From Eubacteriales bacterium (GTDB lineage Bacteria; Bacillota; Clostridia; Oscillospirales; CAG-382), in the NCBI GenBank assembly GCA_045531135.1, contig JAZSDL010000018.1, positions 15,598-79,597 on the forward strand: DNA of 64,000 bases. The letters are read 5' to 3'. The position numbers and the translations under genes are program-made. The notes beneath the pieces were generated by a model, which did no database searches, was not told the DNA's origin, and worked only from the letters and a program-made list of their open reading frames with translations. This document shows, in pieces, positions 55,828 to 64,000 of the stretch (positions are counted from its first letter, which is position 1; every line of letters starts with the position of its first letter).

Positions 55828-56484
55828 GTGGTGAATATAAATGAAATACTTAAATACTGTGATCATACCTTGCTGCTGCAAACTGCAACCGAGTCCGAGA
55901 TAATAGCACTTTGCGATGATGCGATCAAATATAATACCGCATCCGTGTGTATTCCGCCGTGCTATGTGGCGCTTGCAAAGCAATACCTCGGTGATCGGGT
56001 GCCGGTTTGTACCGTTATCGGATTCCCAAACGGAAATACCACCTCGTCGGTAAAGGCGTTTGAAACGCGTGAGGCGGTCGAAAACGGTGCCGATGAAATA
56101 GATATGGTAATAAATATCGGGTATTTAAAGGATAAACGGTATTCTCTTGTGCGCGATGATATAGTTGCCGTGCGTAACGAGTGCAAGGGAAAGATATTAA
56201 AGGTTATCATCGAGACCTGCCTTTTAACCGATGAAGAAAAGGCGCTTATGTGCGATATCTGCTCCGAGGCGGGCGCGGATTATATAAAGACCTCCACCGG
56301 ATTTTCAAAATCCGGCGCAACCCGCGAGGATGTAAAGATTTTCGCGGATAACGTCAAAAACGGCTTAAAGATAAAGGCGGCAGGCGGCATCGCATCGATC
56401 GCGGATGCAGAGGATTTTATCGGTCTGGGCGCGGATAGACTGGGCACCAGCCGTATAGTAAAAATAGCAAAGGAAATGCAATGA
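55828..56484 (+). CDS. deoC: deoxyribose-phosphate aldolase
   Basis: DHTLL, VCTVIGFPNG, and KVIIET...IKTSTGF (Schiff-base Lys). GTG start. Confidence 0.93.
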   Translation: MVNINEILKYCDHTLLLQTATESEIIALCDDAIKYNTASVCIPPCYVALAKQYLGDRVPVCTVIGFPNGNTTSSVKAFETREAVENGADEIDMVINIGYLKDKRYSLVRDDIVAVRNECKGKILKVIIETCLLTDEEKALMCDICSEAGADYIKTSTGFSKSGATREDVKIFADNVKNGLKIKAAGGIASIADAEDFIGLGADRLGTSRIVKIAKEMQ

Positions 56485-56882
56485 TGAACAAACAAGCTCT
56501 TTGCGAATCTGCAATAAAGGCATCCGATAATTCGTATTCACGTTATTCGGGCTTTTGTGTCGGCGCGGCTTTGCTTTGTAATGACGGAAGCATTTACAGC
56601 GGCTGTAATATCGAAAATTCTTCATTTACACCAACAGTCTGTGCCGAGCGTGTTGCGTTTTTTAAGGCAATAAGCGATGGCAAGCACGGCTTTTCGGCTA
56701 TTGCCGTTGCGGGCGGCAAAAAGGGAAGTGTCGGTATTGATGAAACCACCCCCTGCGGAGTCTGCCTTCAGGTAATGAGCGAGTTCTGCGATCCCGATTT
56801 CAAGGTGCTTCTTGTAAAAGAGGGAGGATATACGGAATACAGTTTAAAAGACCTGTTGCCTAAATCATTTAAATTGGAGTGA
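56481..56882 (+). CDS. cdd: cytidine deaminase
   Basis: CAERVA and PCGVCLQ zinc motifs. 133 aa. Confidence 0.93.
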   Translation: MMNKQALCESAIKASDNSYSRYSGFCVGAALLCNDGSIYSGCNIENSSFTPTVCAERVAFFKAISDGKHGFSAIAVAGGKKGSVGIDETTPCGVCLQVMSEFCDPDFKVLLVKEGGYTEYSLKDLLPKSFKLE

Positions 56883-56887
56883 TATTT

Positions 56888-58189
56888 ATGCGTATTCAGG
56901 ATATAATCGATAAAAAACGGTACAATAAACCGCTTACCGATAATGAAATATATTTCTTTGTAAACGGATATGCAAAGGGCGAAATACCGGATTATCAGAT
57001 ATCACCGCTTTTAATGGCGATCTGCATCAACGGTATGAACGATAAAGAGACCTCGTGCCTTACTCGCGCCATGGCGGAATCGGGCAGTATCAATGACCTC
57101 GGCATGCTTCATAACACCGTCGATAAACATTCGACAGGCGGCGTCGGTGATAAGACCACGCTTATTGTGGCACCTATCGTCGCGGCGCTCGGCTGTACCG
57201 TCGCAAAGCTTTCGGGCAGAGCGCTCGGACATACCGGCGGCACGCTCGATAAGCTCGAGTCGATCCCCGGCTTTGATACAACCGTTTCGGGCGAGGAGTT
57301 TATAAACATATCAAAAAAATGCGGTATATGTGTTTCGGGTGCGGGAAAAAACATCGCTCCCGCCGATAAAGAGCTGTATGCCCTGCGTGACGTTACGTCT
57401 ACGGTTCGCAGTATTCCGCTTATTGCCTCGAGCATTATGAGCAAAAAGCTCGCAGGCGGTGCCGAATCGATCGTTCTCGATGTAAAAACGGGCAGCGGCG
57501 CTTTTATGCAAACGCTCTCAGAGGCACGCGAGCTGGCAGAATGTATGGTGTCGATCGGCAAAAGCACGGGCAAAAGGATGTCTGCCGTGCTTACAAATAT
57601 GTCGCATCCTTTGGGCTATTGTGTCGGCAACTCGGTTGAGGTTGCCGAGGCGGTTGCGTTTTTAAAATACGGTAAGGGCGAAAATGATCTTACCTCCGTA
57701 TGTAAAGCTCTTGCGACCGAAATGGTGCGCCTTGCAAAATCGGTTTCAAGAGAAGAGGCGAGCTGTCTGGTCGAAACGGTTATCAATAGCGGCAAAGCAT
57801 ACGATAAATTTGTCGAGTGGATCGATCTGCAAAAGGGCGATGTGTCTGTGCTTGATGACCTAAAAAAATTCGCATCCGCCGGGTATATGTCTGAAATCAG
57901 GGCAGAAAAGGATGGATATCTCCATTGTATAAACGCCGCAGGTGTAGGAGAAGCCGCAATAGCTCTCGGTGTCGGCAGAAGCAAAAAGGACGATAAGATC
58001 GACCATACCGCAGGCATCGTCTTTAAAAAGACCGAAAACGATTTTGTTAAAAAGGGCGATGTGATAGCCGTAACCCAATCGTCAACGGTTGCGGATCATT
58101 CGTCTGTACATAGCGCGATCATGAAAAACCTCGTTCTGTCGGAAAAAGCAGATGCTGATTTTTCTGCCGTGTATGAGATAATCGAATAA
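56888..58189 (+). CDS. pdp: pyrimidine-nucleoside phosphorylase, copy 2
   Basis: DKHSTGGVGDK, GRALGHTGGTLDKLE, SIMSKKLA. A paralogue of 38675-39994. Confidence 0.92.
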   Translation: MRIQDIIDKKRYNKPLTDNEIYFFVNGYAKGEIPDYQISPLLMAICINGMNDKETSCLTRAMAESGSINDLGMLHNTVDKHSTGGVGDKTTLIVAPIVAALGCTVAKLSGRALGHTGGTLDKLESIPGFDTTVSGEEFINISKKCGICVSGAGKNIAPADKELYALRDVTSTVRSIPLIASSIMSKKLAGGAESIVLDVKTGSGAFMQTLSEARELAECMVSIGKSTGKRMSAVLTNMSHPLGYCVGNSVEVAEAVAFLKYGKGENDLTSVCKALATEMVRLAKSVSREEASCLVETVINSGKAYDKFVEWIDLQKGDVSVLDDLKKFASAGYMSEIRAEKDGYLHCINAAGVGEAAIALGVGRSKKDDKIDHTAGIVFKKTENDFVKKGDVIAVTQSSTVADHSSVHSAIMKNLVLSEKADADFSAVYEIIE

Positions 58190-58229
58190 AACGAAAAGAG
58201 AGGCGCCTGCTTGCCTCTCTTTTGTGTGT

Positions 58230-58568
58230 TTACGTTGTTGATACCAAATATACCTCGCAGGGAACTCTTCTGCGCTTTGCGTAGTTTATCGTAAACTCGG
58301 TTCCGCTCGATTCGCCGTCCCAAAACGCGATGACCAGATCAGCATTATCGACTATAAGCTTGTCGCGGATAAGCGGCGCGCTTCTGCCGTAGAGCTCGTA
58401 ATCGGGGTATATTATCATTTTCTCAATGCCCATTTTATCTGCATATCTCTCGGCAAGCGTGTCTACACCGATAGCACCGCCCGATATGATAAGAGTTGTA
58501 TCGGGAGGGATGCGCCTTGCTATATCGGCGTTGCTTATGCTTCGAGAACCAACTACGGCAACCTTCAT
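58230..58568 (-). CDS. SLOG-superfamily (DUF2493/DprA-like Rossmann) protein
   Basis: MKVAVVGSRS...ISGGAIGVDTLAERYA...VIAFWDGESSGT. 112 aa. Family assigned from memory. Confidence 0.7.
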   Translation of the reverse strand: MKVAVVGSRSISNADIARRIPPDTTLIISGGAIGVDTLAERYADKMGIEKMIIYPDYELYGRSAPLIRDKLIVDNADLVIAFWDGESSGTEFTINYAKRRRVPCEVYLVSTT

Positions 58569-59014
58569 TTTTTTCCTCTGAATATCGATTTTAGCTTTCT
58601 AATAACCTTTCGGATAAGCATAGTATTTACCCAAAAACGCGAATATAACTTGTGATACACCGAATCAACAGAACGAATTTTCCCGTTCCGCTCAAACTCG
58701 GTCACAACGGCGATAACCCTTTCGGGCTCCAGCTTCGGCTCGTTGTCGGTGTGATTGTCGCCTCGGCAGATATAGCCGTCTGTATCCGCTTTTACTATTC
58801 GGTGGAGAATAAATCCGTATCCGTCAAGACGGTAAAAGATAATATCATACTTTTTTAATTTTCTGTTCGGCTTGGTGATCCAAACCTTGTCAACACGGTC
58901 GTGCAAAAGCGGGAGCATACTCGTCCCGTGGATCGTAAACGAGGCAATTCCGCCGTTTTCGATCGTTTCGCTGATGATAGGGAATATGTCATCAAGAGAA
59001 ATTTGCTTATTCAA
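58565..59014 (-). CDS. S24/S26-family (signal-peptidase-I-like) serine peptidase, no N-terminal TM
   Basis: GTSMLPLL (Ser nucleophile box), HRIVK... (Lys box) and RGDNHTDNE (GDN box). 149 aa. Confidence 0.75.
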   Translation of the reverse strand: MNKQISLDDIFPIISETIENGGIASFTIHGTSMLPLLHDRVDKVWITKPNRKLKKYDIIFYRLDGYGFILHRIVKADTDGYICRGDNHTDNEPKLEPERVIAVVTEFERNGKIRSVDSVYHKLYSRFWVNTMLIRKVIRKLKSIFRGKK

Positions 59015-59267
59015 TTATCGAAAGCCCTTTCGTTTTTGCAATAAAAGCATTTACGTCCGATAACGCCTGTGTGTGTTCCACATCGTAAACCGAGCACAGC
59101 TCATCTGCAATCGCCTCGGCAGAAAGGCCGTTTTCGATGCATTTCCATATCAAAACCCCGCTTTCGTTAAGCGTTATCATCTTGTTAAACGAGAGCTCGC
59201 CTCCGATGTTCATAATAACCGCGCTTCCGGCGACCTCGCGCAGAACAAATCCCTCTTTTATCCTCAT
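59007..59267 (-). CDS. PqqD-family protein (RiPP recognition element-like)
   Basis: FVLREVAG...ITLNESGVLIWKCIENGLSAEAIADELCSVYDV...DVNAFI is the typical PqqD/RRE pattern. ATG 59267 lies after GGAG. The ORF is open in frame up to 59330. Confidence 0.75.
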   Translation of the reverse strand: MRIKEGFVLREVAGSAVIMNIGGELSFNKMITLNESGVLIWKCIENGLSAEAIADELCSVYDVEHTQALSDVNAFIAKTKGLSIIE

Positions 59268-59427
59268 CAGCCAAATTCTCCGTGAATTGATGCTTTTATT
59301 ATAAATGGCTGTGTAGCTTTTGTCAATCAAAATTCGGTTACATTATAAAAAACAGTAATATTGACTGTTGATTTTAATAGGAGGATTTGTTATAATCTGT
59401 AATATACTGTAAAAAGGGTGAATTGAT

Positions 59428-60648
59428 TTGAAATATATAGTAATGCTCGGCGACGGTATGGCGGATGTGCCGATAGCCGCGCTCGGCAAAAAAACACCTC
59501 TCGAGGCGGCGTATAAGCCGACAATGGATATGCTCGCAAGCAAGGGCGTAAACGGTATCGTAAACACTATCCCCGAGGGTATGGTGCCCGAGAGCGATAC
59601 CGCAAACCTTGCCGTTATGGGTTACGATCCGCGTATTTATTCAAAAGGCCGTTCGCCTCTCGAGGCGGCAAGCATCGGCATCGATATGCAGGACGATGAG
59701 ACTGCCATCCGCGCCAATATCGTAGCGCTCGGCGGCGAGGGAGCGTACGAGGATCTCGTTATGCTCGATCATTCGTCTGACGAAATACCCACCGATGAGG
59801 CAAGGATACTTATCGAGGCGGTTGAGGAACGCTTCGGTAACGATATTATGAAATTTTATTGCGGTGTCAGCTACCGTCATTGTCTTATATGGAAGAATTG
59901 CCCCGAGTTTGATGATTTTTCCCGCCCGCACGATATCATAGGCAGACGTATCGGCGACTATCTTCCCAAATCGGAATCAAGCAAGCCGATGCGTGAGCTG
60001 ATGAAAGCGTCTTACGAGTTTTTAAATAATCATCCCCTTAATATCGATCGCGCAAAAAGAGGTCTCAAAAAGGCAAATTCGCTCTGGCTCTGGAGCCCGG
60101 GTAAAAAACCGTTGCTTCCGTCGTTTTCCGAAAAGACGGGGTTAAAGGCATCTGTCGTCTGTGCAGTCGATCTCATAAAGGGCATCGGCTTTTGCGCGGG
60201 AATGAGCGTGCCCGAGGTAGAGGGCGCAACAGGCACCTTAAATACCAACTATGTCGGCAAGCGCGATGCCGCTATCAACGAGCTTAAGAACGGTGCCGAT
60301 TTCGTTTATATTCACGTCGAGGCACCCGATGAATGCGGACATCAGGGCAACGCAAAGGAAAAGATCGAGTCGATAGAGAATATCGATAAATATATTCTCT
60401 CGGGCGTTTGCGAGTATCTTGAAAATTCGGGCGAGCCGTACCGTGTGCTTCTTTTGCCCGATCATCCCACCCCGATATGCGAGAGAACACATACCCGTGA
60501 TTACGTTCCTTTTGTTATCTACGATTCCGAGAATATCGTAGATAGCGGTATAAACGTTTATTCCGAAAAGGCGGCAAGAAACAGCGGCATTGTGCTCGAA
60601 AAGGGCGAACAGCTTATCGAATTACTGCTTGGAGACAATAACCGATGA
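59428..60648 (+). CDS. apgM: cofactor-independent phosphoglycerate mutase, ApgM type
   Basis: MKYIVMLGDGMAD, EAPDECGHQG, LLLPDHPTP. 406 aa. TTG start. Confidence 0.88.
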   Translation: MKYIVMLGDGMADVPIAALGKKTPLEAAYKPTMDMLASKGVNGIVNTIPEGMVPESDTANLAVMGYDPRIYSKGRSPLEAASIGIDMQDDETAIRANIVALGGEGAYEDLVMLDHSSDEIPTDEARILIEAVEERFGNDIMKFYCGVSYRHCLIWKNCPEFDDFSRPHDIIGRRIGDYLPKSESSKPMRELMKASYEFLNNHPLNIDRAKRGLKKANSLWLWSPGKKPLLPSFSEKTGLKASVVCAVDLIKGIGFCAGMSVPEVEGATGTLNTNYVGKRDAAINELKNGADFVYIHVEAPDECGHQGNAKEKIESIENIDKYILSGVCEYLENSGEPYRVLLLPDHPTPICERTHTRDYVPFVIYDSENIVDSGINVYSEKAARNSGIVLEKGEQLIELLLGDNNR

Positions 60649-61178
60649 AATCACTTAAATCCGAGGGCTACGTCACCCCAAGGGACTATTCCTCTTATCT
60701 GAAATTTAATCTGTTAAAAGGCAAGTATTACCGTATAAAAGCGGCGTTGGTCTTGCTTTCGATATTCTTGGTGACCGCGTTTATGTTTTTGCTTGCAATA
60801 GCAAAGAGCGATAAACTGTATTTCGTTATCGGCGGCATTATATTGCTTTGCACGTTAATGTTCTTTTATACAGTGACGGTCAACGTCAAAAATATCTGCA
60901 ACAAAAACGCAAAGGTCATCCGAGCAAAGCAAAAGACCGCGTTCGGAAAGAACGGCTTTGTTTTCGAGCTTTTGTTTCAAAACGAATCAGAGAACGAGTA
61001 TAACGAGATCTTTTATGAAGAGCTGGATAATATCTATCTCGCACCAAAGGCGATATATATTTATATAGAAAAACGCTCTGTGATAGTTATCCCCAAGCGC
61101 AATCTTTCGGTAACACCCAACGAGGCATACGAGTTTTTAAAACGCTATTGCCCCGAAAAGCTGATCGTCTGTGTCTGA
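60645..61178 (+). CDS. YcxB-like membrane protein
   Basis: 177 aa with two adjacent TM helices followed by a small soluble domain. Its start overlaps the apgM stop. Confidence 0.6.
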   Translation: MKSLKSEGYVTPRDYSSYLKFNLLKGKYYRIKAALVLLSIFLVTAFMFLLAIAKSDKLYFVIGGIILLCTLMFFYTVTVNVKNICNKNAKVIRAKQKTAFGKNGFVFELLFQNESENEYNEIFYEELDNIYLAPKAIYIYIEKRSVIVIPKRNLSVTPNEAYEFLKRYCPEKLIVCV

Positions 61179-61822
61179 CAGAACTGTATAAGAGAATCAA
61201 CGTCGGTTGTGCTTTCGCCCCGTGCGATAATGCCCAATCGGCGTTTTTCTGCCGCAATAAGTATCTTTTTGCAGTAATTTATAAAATCTGTTGTGCGGCA
61301 TCTTTCCTTGCCGAGATAAAGGTCCAAGTAGCTGTATTCGGCGCTTTTGCCGCTGTGTATCACCTGCATAACCGTGTACGGCTTGCCCGCTTCGGTAACA
61401 AAAATCTCTTTTGTTATTTCAAAACCGTTGTCCCAAAGTGCTTTTCTCAGCTCCTCCTGTGCCGACATCGGCTGAAGCACCAATAATGCGTTTTTTGCAA
61501 TTTTGCTTCTTAAAACGATTTTCGCAATAAGCTCTCCGCCCATTCCGCAAATAGCGGCGGAGGTTACGGGACGGTCGTCAAAGCTGTCAAACCCGTCGGA
61601 CAGTATAAATTCGATCGGCAGGGAAGAGCGGCTTGCGTTCTCCTTGCCCTTTAAAAGCGGCATCTCGTTTATGTCGGAGGCGATCGCTCTTTCGGCGATA
61701 CCGCGCTTTATTATTTCAATAGCCAAAAAGGCGTGGTCGCTTCCCACGTCGGCAAAAAGTGTGTTGTGTTCTTTTTCCGAAATCAGCTTGGTTACTGCGT
61801 CAAGACGGCTTCCGAGTGTCAT
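61145..61822 (-). CDS. trmK: tRNA (adenine22-N1)-methyltransferase TrmK
   Basis: LGSRLDAV...FADVGSDHAFLAIE...ASDINEMPL. ATG 61822 follows GGAGA. Confidence 0.88.
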   Translation of the reverse strand: MTLGSRLDAVTKLISEKEHNTLFADVGSDHAFLAIEIIKRGIAERAIASDINEMPLLKGKENASRSSLPIEFILSDGFDSFDDRPVTSAAICGMGGELIAKIVLRSKIAKNALLVLQPMSAQEELRKALWDNGFEITKEIFVTEAGKPYTVMQVIHSGKSAEYSYLDLYLGKERCRTTDFINYCKKILIAAEKRRLGIIARGESTTDVDSLIQFCQTQTISFSGQ

Positions 61823-61883
61823 ATATGTATCTCTCCGTTGTGTGCGGAAGCAAAAAAACTTCCGCACGTGATTTTTTGTTTTG

Positions 61884-62069
61884 TTACGGCATCAGCTTTT
61901 CTTCTGCTGCCTTAAATGCCCTCTTTGCCTTGCAGGCAAGCGTTTGGCTTTTGGTGCAGTATGCCGTCACGGTCAGCGCTGTGATAAGACCTGCCGCGGC
62001 ACCGAGCGCGGTCATAGCAATGCAAACACAGGACTTGTTTTGCGCCATCATTTTGCTTAAATTCATCAC
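61884..62069 (-). CDS. hypothetical small membrane protein
   Basis: ~60 aa with one TM (IAMTALGAAAGLITALTV). GAGGTG lies 7-10 nt upstream of the GTG/ATG start. Confidence 0.4.
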   Translation of the reverse strand: MMNLSKMMAQNKSCVCIAMTALGAAAGLITALTVTAYCTKSQTLACKAKRAFKAAEEKLMP

Positions 62070-62181
62070 GGATTTTCACCTCGATGATATTATGCGGCAT
62101 AAGCGGCAAAGTTATACTATCATATAAAAGCTGTTTTTTCAACCGAATACTTTAAAATAACAATAATTTTAAGGAAAACTA

Positions 62182-62210
62182 TTGACAAATCGGTACTCTG
62201 AAGATATAAT
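62182..62210 (+). promoter_or_regulatory. promoter (TTGACA-17-TATAAT) of yceD-rpmF
   Basis: Perfect consensus hexamers at 62182-62187 and 62205-62210. Confidence 0.55.
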
Positions 62211-62256
62211 GGACAGTGCGCTTTTAGGGTAATTATTTTTAATATGGGGTTATCCG

Positions 62257-62751
62257 ATGCTTGATCTGAAAAAACTTCTTGATTCTTCTGTTGATAAAAT
62301 CGATTTTTCGCTCGGTATCGAGGATTGCGGATTTGTCGATGAAGCGGTCAGGGGCAGTGCAACCGCATCGGGCGTTATAACCAACCATTCGGGCCTTATC
62401 CTTCTAAACGGCGAGATCAAGCCCTGCTTACAGGTTGCTTGTGCACGCTGCGGCAAGGAGTTCGGATATACCGAGCCCATAAAGCTCACCTGCAAGATAA
62501 CGGATAAACTCGCCAACAGCGACGAGGATGAGTTTGTTATAATGCAGGATTTCGCAATCGATATCGATGACGTTGTCAGAAGCGCTTTGATACTCGAGCT
62601 GCCCACGCGCTATCTTTGTAAAGAGGATTGCAAGGGCTTATGCGAGAAATGCGGATGTGATCTTAACGAGCATAGCTGTAAATGCGATTTGACGGTGCGT
62701 GATTCGCGTTGGGATAAGCTGTTGGATTACTTCGGCGATGACGATGAATAA
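62257..62751 (+). CDS. yceD: YceD/DUF177 family protein (23S rRNA accumulation protein)
   Basis: CARCG...[14 protein letters not shown] motif and conserved pairing with rpmF. Confidence 0.88.
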   Translation: MLDLKKLLDSSVDKIDFSLGIEDCGFVDEAVRGSATASGVITNHSGLILLNGEIKPCLQVACARCGKEFGYTEPIKLTCKITDKLANSDEDEFVIMQDFAIDIDDVVRSALILELPTRYLCKEDCKGLCEKCGCDLNEHSCKCDLTVRDSRWDKLLDYFGDDDE

Positions 62752-62789
62752 AAATAAAAATATATAACTATCTAAGGAGGATTCCATCG

Positions 62790-62981
62790 ATGGCTGTACC
62801 TAAGAGAAAAGTATCCAAGGCAAGAAGAGATAAGAGACGTTCTTCTGTTTGGAAGCTCGACCTCCCCGGAATGACCAAGTGCCCCAAGTGCGGTGAGTAC
62901 ATTCTTTCTCACCGTGTTTGCAAGAGCTGCGGTAGCTACGGCGGAAAAGTAGTTCTTCAGGTTAAGGATAAAGAAGACTAA
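62790..62981 (+). CDS. rpmF: 50S ribosomal protein L32
   Basis: [17 protein letters not shown]...CPKCG...HRVCKSCG. A terminator hairpin follows at ~62990-63025. Confidence 0.95.
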   Translation: MAVPKRKVSKARRDKRRSSVWKLDLPGMTKCPKCGEYILSHRVCKSCGSYGGKVVLQVKDKED

Positions 62982-63046
62982 GCGAAATAGCGTGTTGCAT
63001 TGAATTTCGGCAACACGCTTTTTTGTAATTTGAGAGTGGTGTTGAT

Positions 63047-64000
63047 ATGGTTAAAATATTGTCGGTCGAAAACGGCAGTCATGCCGAATCGGCAGGTCTT
63101 TTAAAAGGCGATGTTATCATGTCGGTCAACGGCAATTCCGTTAACGACGTCCTTGATTACCGTTTTTATATAATGGAAAAAAAGCTTGTTATCAAGGCAC
63201 TGCGCGGAAACGATGAGCTTGAGTTTGTCATTAAAAAAGACGAATACGATGATATCGGACTTGATTTTTCGACCTACCTTATGGACGAGAAAAAGAGATG
63301 CAGGAATAACTGTATTTTCTGCTTTATCGACCAAAACCCCAAAGGCATGCGCGAGACCGTGTATTTCAAGGACGATGACGAGCGCCTGTCGTTTTTACAG
63401 GGCAACTATGTTACACTTACCAATTTAAAGGACAGCGATATCGAGCGCATTATCAAAATGCGTATTTCTCCGATAAACATTTCGGTCCATACAACCGATA
63501 AAGAGCTTCGCGTTAAAATGATGAATAACCGCTTCGCAGGGGATTGCCTTAAGTATATCGAAATGCTTGATGCACACGGTATAGCGATAAACGCTCAGCT
63601 TGTTCTGTGTAACGGCATAAACGACGGAAAATATCTCGAAAAATCGCTTACCGATCTGACAAAGCTTGACAATATCGAGAGTATTGCGCTCGTGCCCTGC
63701 GGTCTTACAAAGCACCGCGAGGGGTTGTATCCTCTCGTGAGATATGATAAAGAAAGCGCAAGCGCGGTAATCGATATTGCCAACCGGTTCGGCGATATAT
63801 GTATGGAAAAAAAGGGTATGCGCCTTGTCTATCCGTCGGATGAGTTTTATCTGCTTGCCGAGCGCGATATGCCGAACGAGGATTATTACGAGGGATATCC
63901 TCAGATCGAGAACGGCGTAGGCATGATAAGAAGCGATTACGAAGAATTTGCCGAATCTCTTTACAATCAGCCCGAGATCGAGTATAATAAAAGGGTATCG
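63047..64000 (+). CDS. DUF512 (PDZ plus radical-SAM-like) protein, 3' end outside the window
   Basis: The frame is open from ATG 63047 to the window edge (not in the ORF track because there is no stop). N-terminal PDZ (AGLLKGDVIMSVNG) and CRNNCIFCF. Confidence 0.85.
   Translation, partial: MVKILSVENGSHAESAGLLKGDVIMSVNGNSVNDVLDYRFYIMEKKLVIKALRGNDELEFVIKKDEYDDIGLDFSTYLMDEKKRCRNNCIFCFIDQNPKGMRETVYFKDDDERLSFLQGNYVTLTNLKDSDIERIIKMRISPINISVHTTDKELRVKMMNNRFAGDCLKYIEMLDAHGIAINAQLVLCNGINDGKYLEKSLTDLTKLDNIESIALVPCGLTKHREGLYPLVRYDKESASAVIDIANRFGDICMEKKGMRLVYPSDEFYLLAERDMPNEDYYEGYPQIENGVGMIRSDYEEFAESLYNQPEIEYNKRVS

Overview
64-kb chromosomal window from a Gram-positive anaerobe. I infer Clostridia, Oscillospiraceae/Ruminococcus-like, from a type-I dockerin module, a GlgC/GlgD pair, a SigH-like sigma factor and the rpmG-secE-nusG-rplK-rplA-rplJ-rplL gene order. 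Most of the window is core genome. It holds a 7-gene tRNA cluster (Asp-Gly-Cys-Thr-Gly-Asp-Phe), hemW-lepA-secDF, mtnA, the ribosomal-protein/nusG/secE block, rpiB-tsaB-tsaE, two separate nucleoside-catabolism clusters (deoB-pdp and deoC-cdd-pdp), pnp-rpsO, a glgC-glgD-glgA-glgP-GH13 glycogen operon, apgM, trmK, yceD-rpmF and a partial DUF512 gene. Accessory content: (i) a small islet after tRNA-Phe (hairpin array, membrane protein and lipoproteins, GNAT, a metzincin-like lipoprotein, an IS200/IS605 copy with frameshifted tnpA). (ii) A minus-strand block of surface enzymes: two paralogous esterases (one dockerin-borne, one membrane-anchored), an acyltransferase-3 protein and a 1019-aa discoidin-rich lipoprotein. 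(iii) The most interesting part is a compact ~9.4-kb phage morphogenesis cluster at 13.4-22.8 kb. It encodes TerS, TerL, portal, scaffold, a P22-coat-like capsid protein, an adaptor-like protein, two large virion proteins and holin-like proteins. It has no integrase, replication, lysogeny, tail-tube or endolysin genes, and its TerS lacks a canonical start codon. It is either a GTA-like/domesticated capsid element or a prophage remnant. (iv) An orphan PqqD(RRE)-S24/S26 peptidase-SLOG three-gene operon. Other oddities are a lipoprotein gene plus two ~115-bp structured direct repeats inserted between rplA and rplJ, and a SecE with a long exported acidic Ser/Glu/Asp-repeat extension. All family assignments come from reading motifs and from memory of the families. 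No database search was run.
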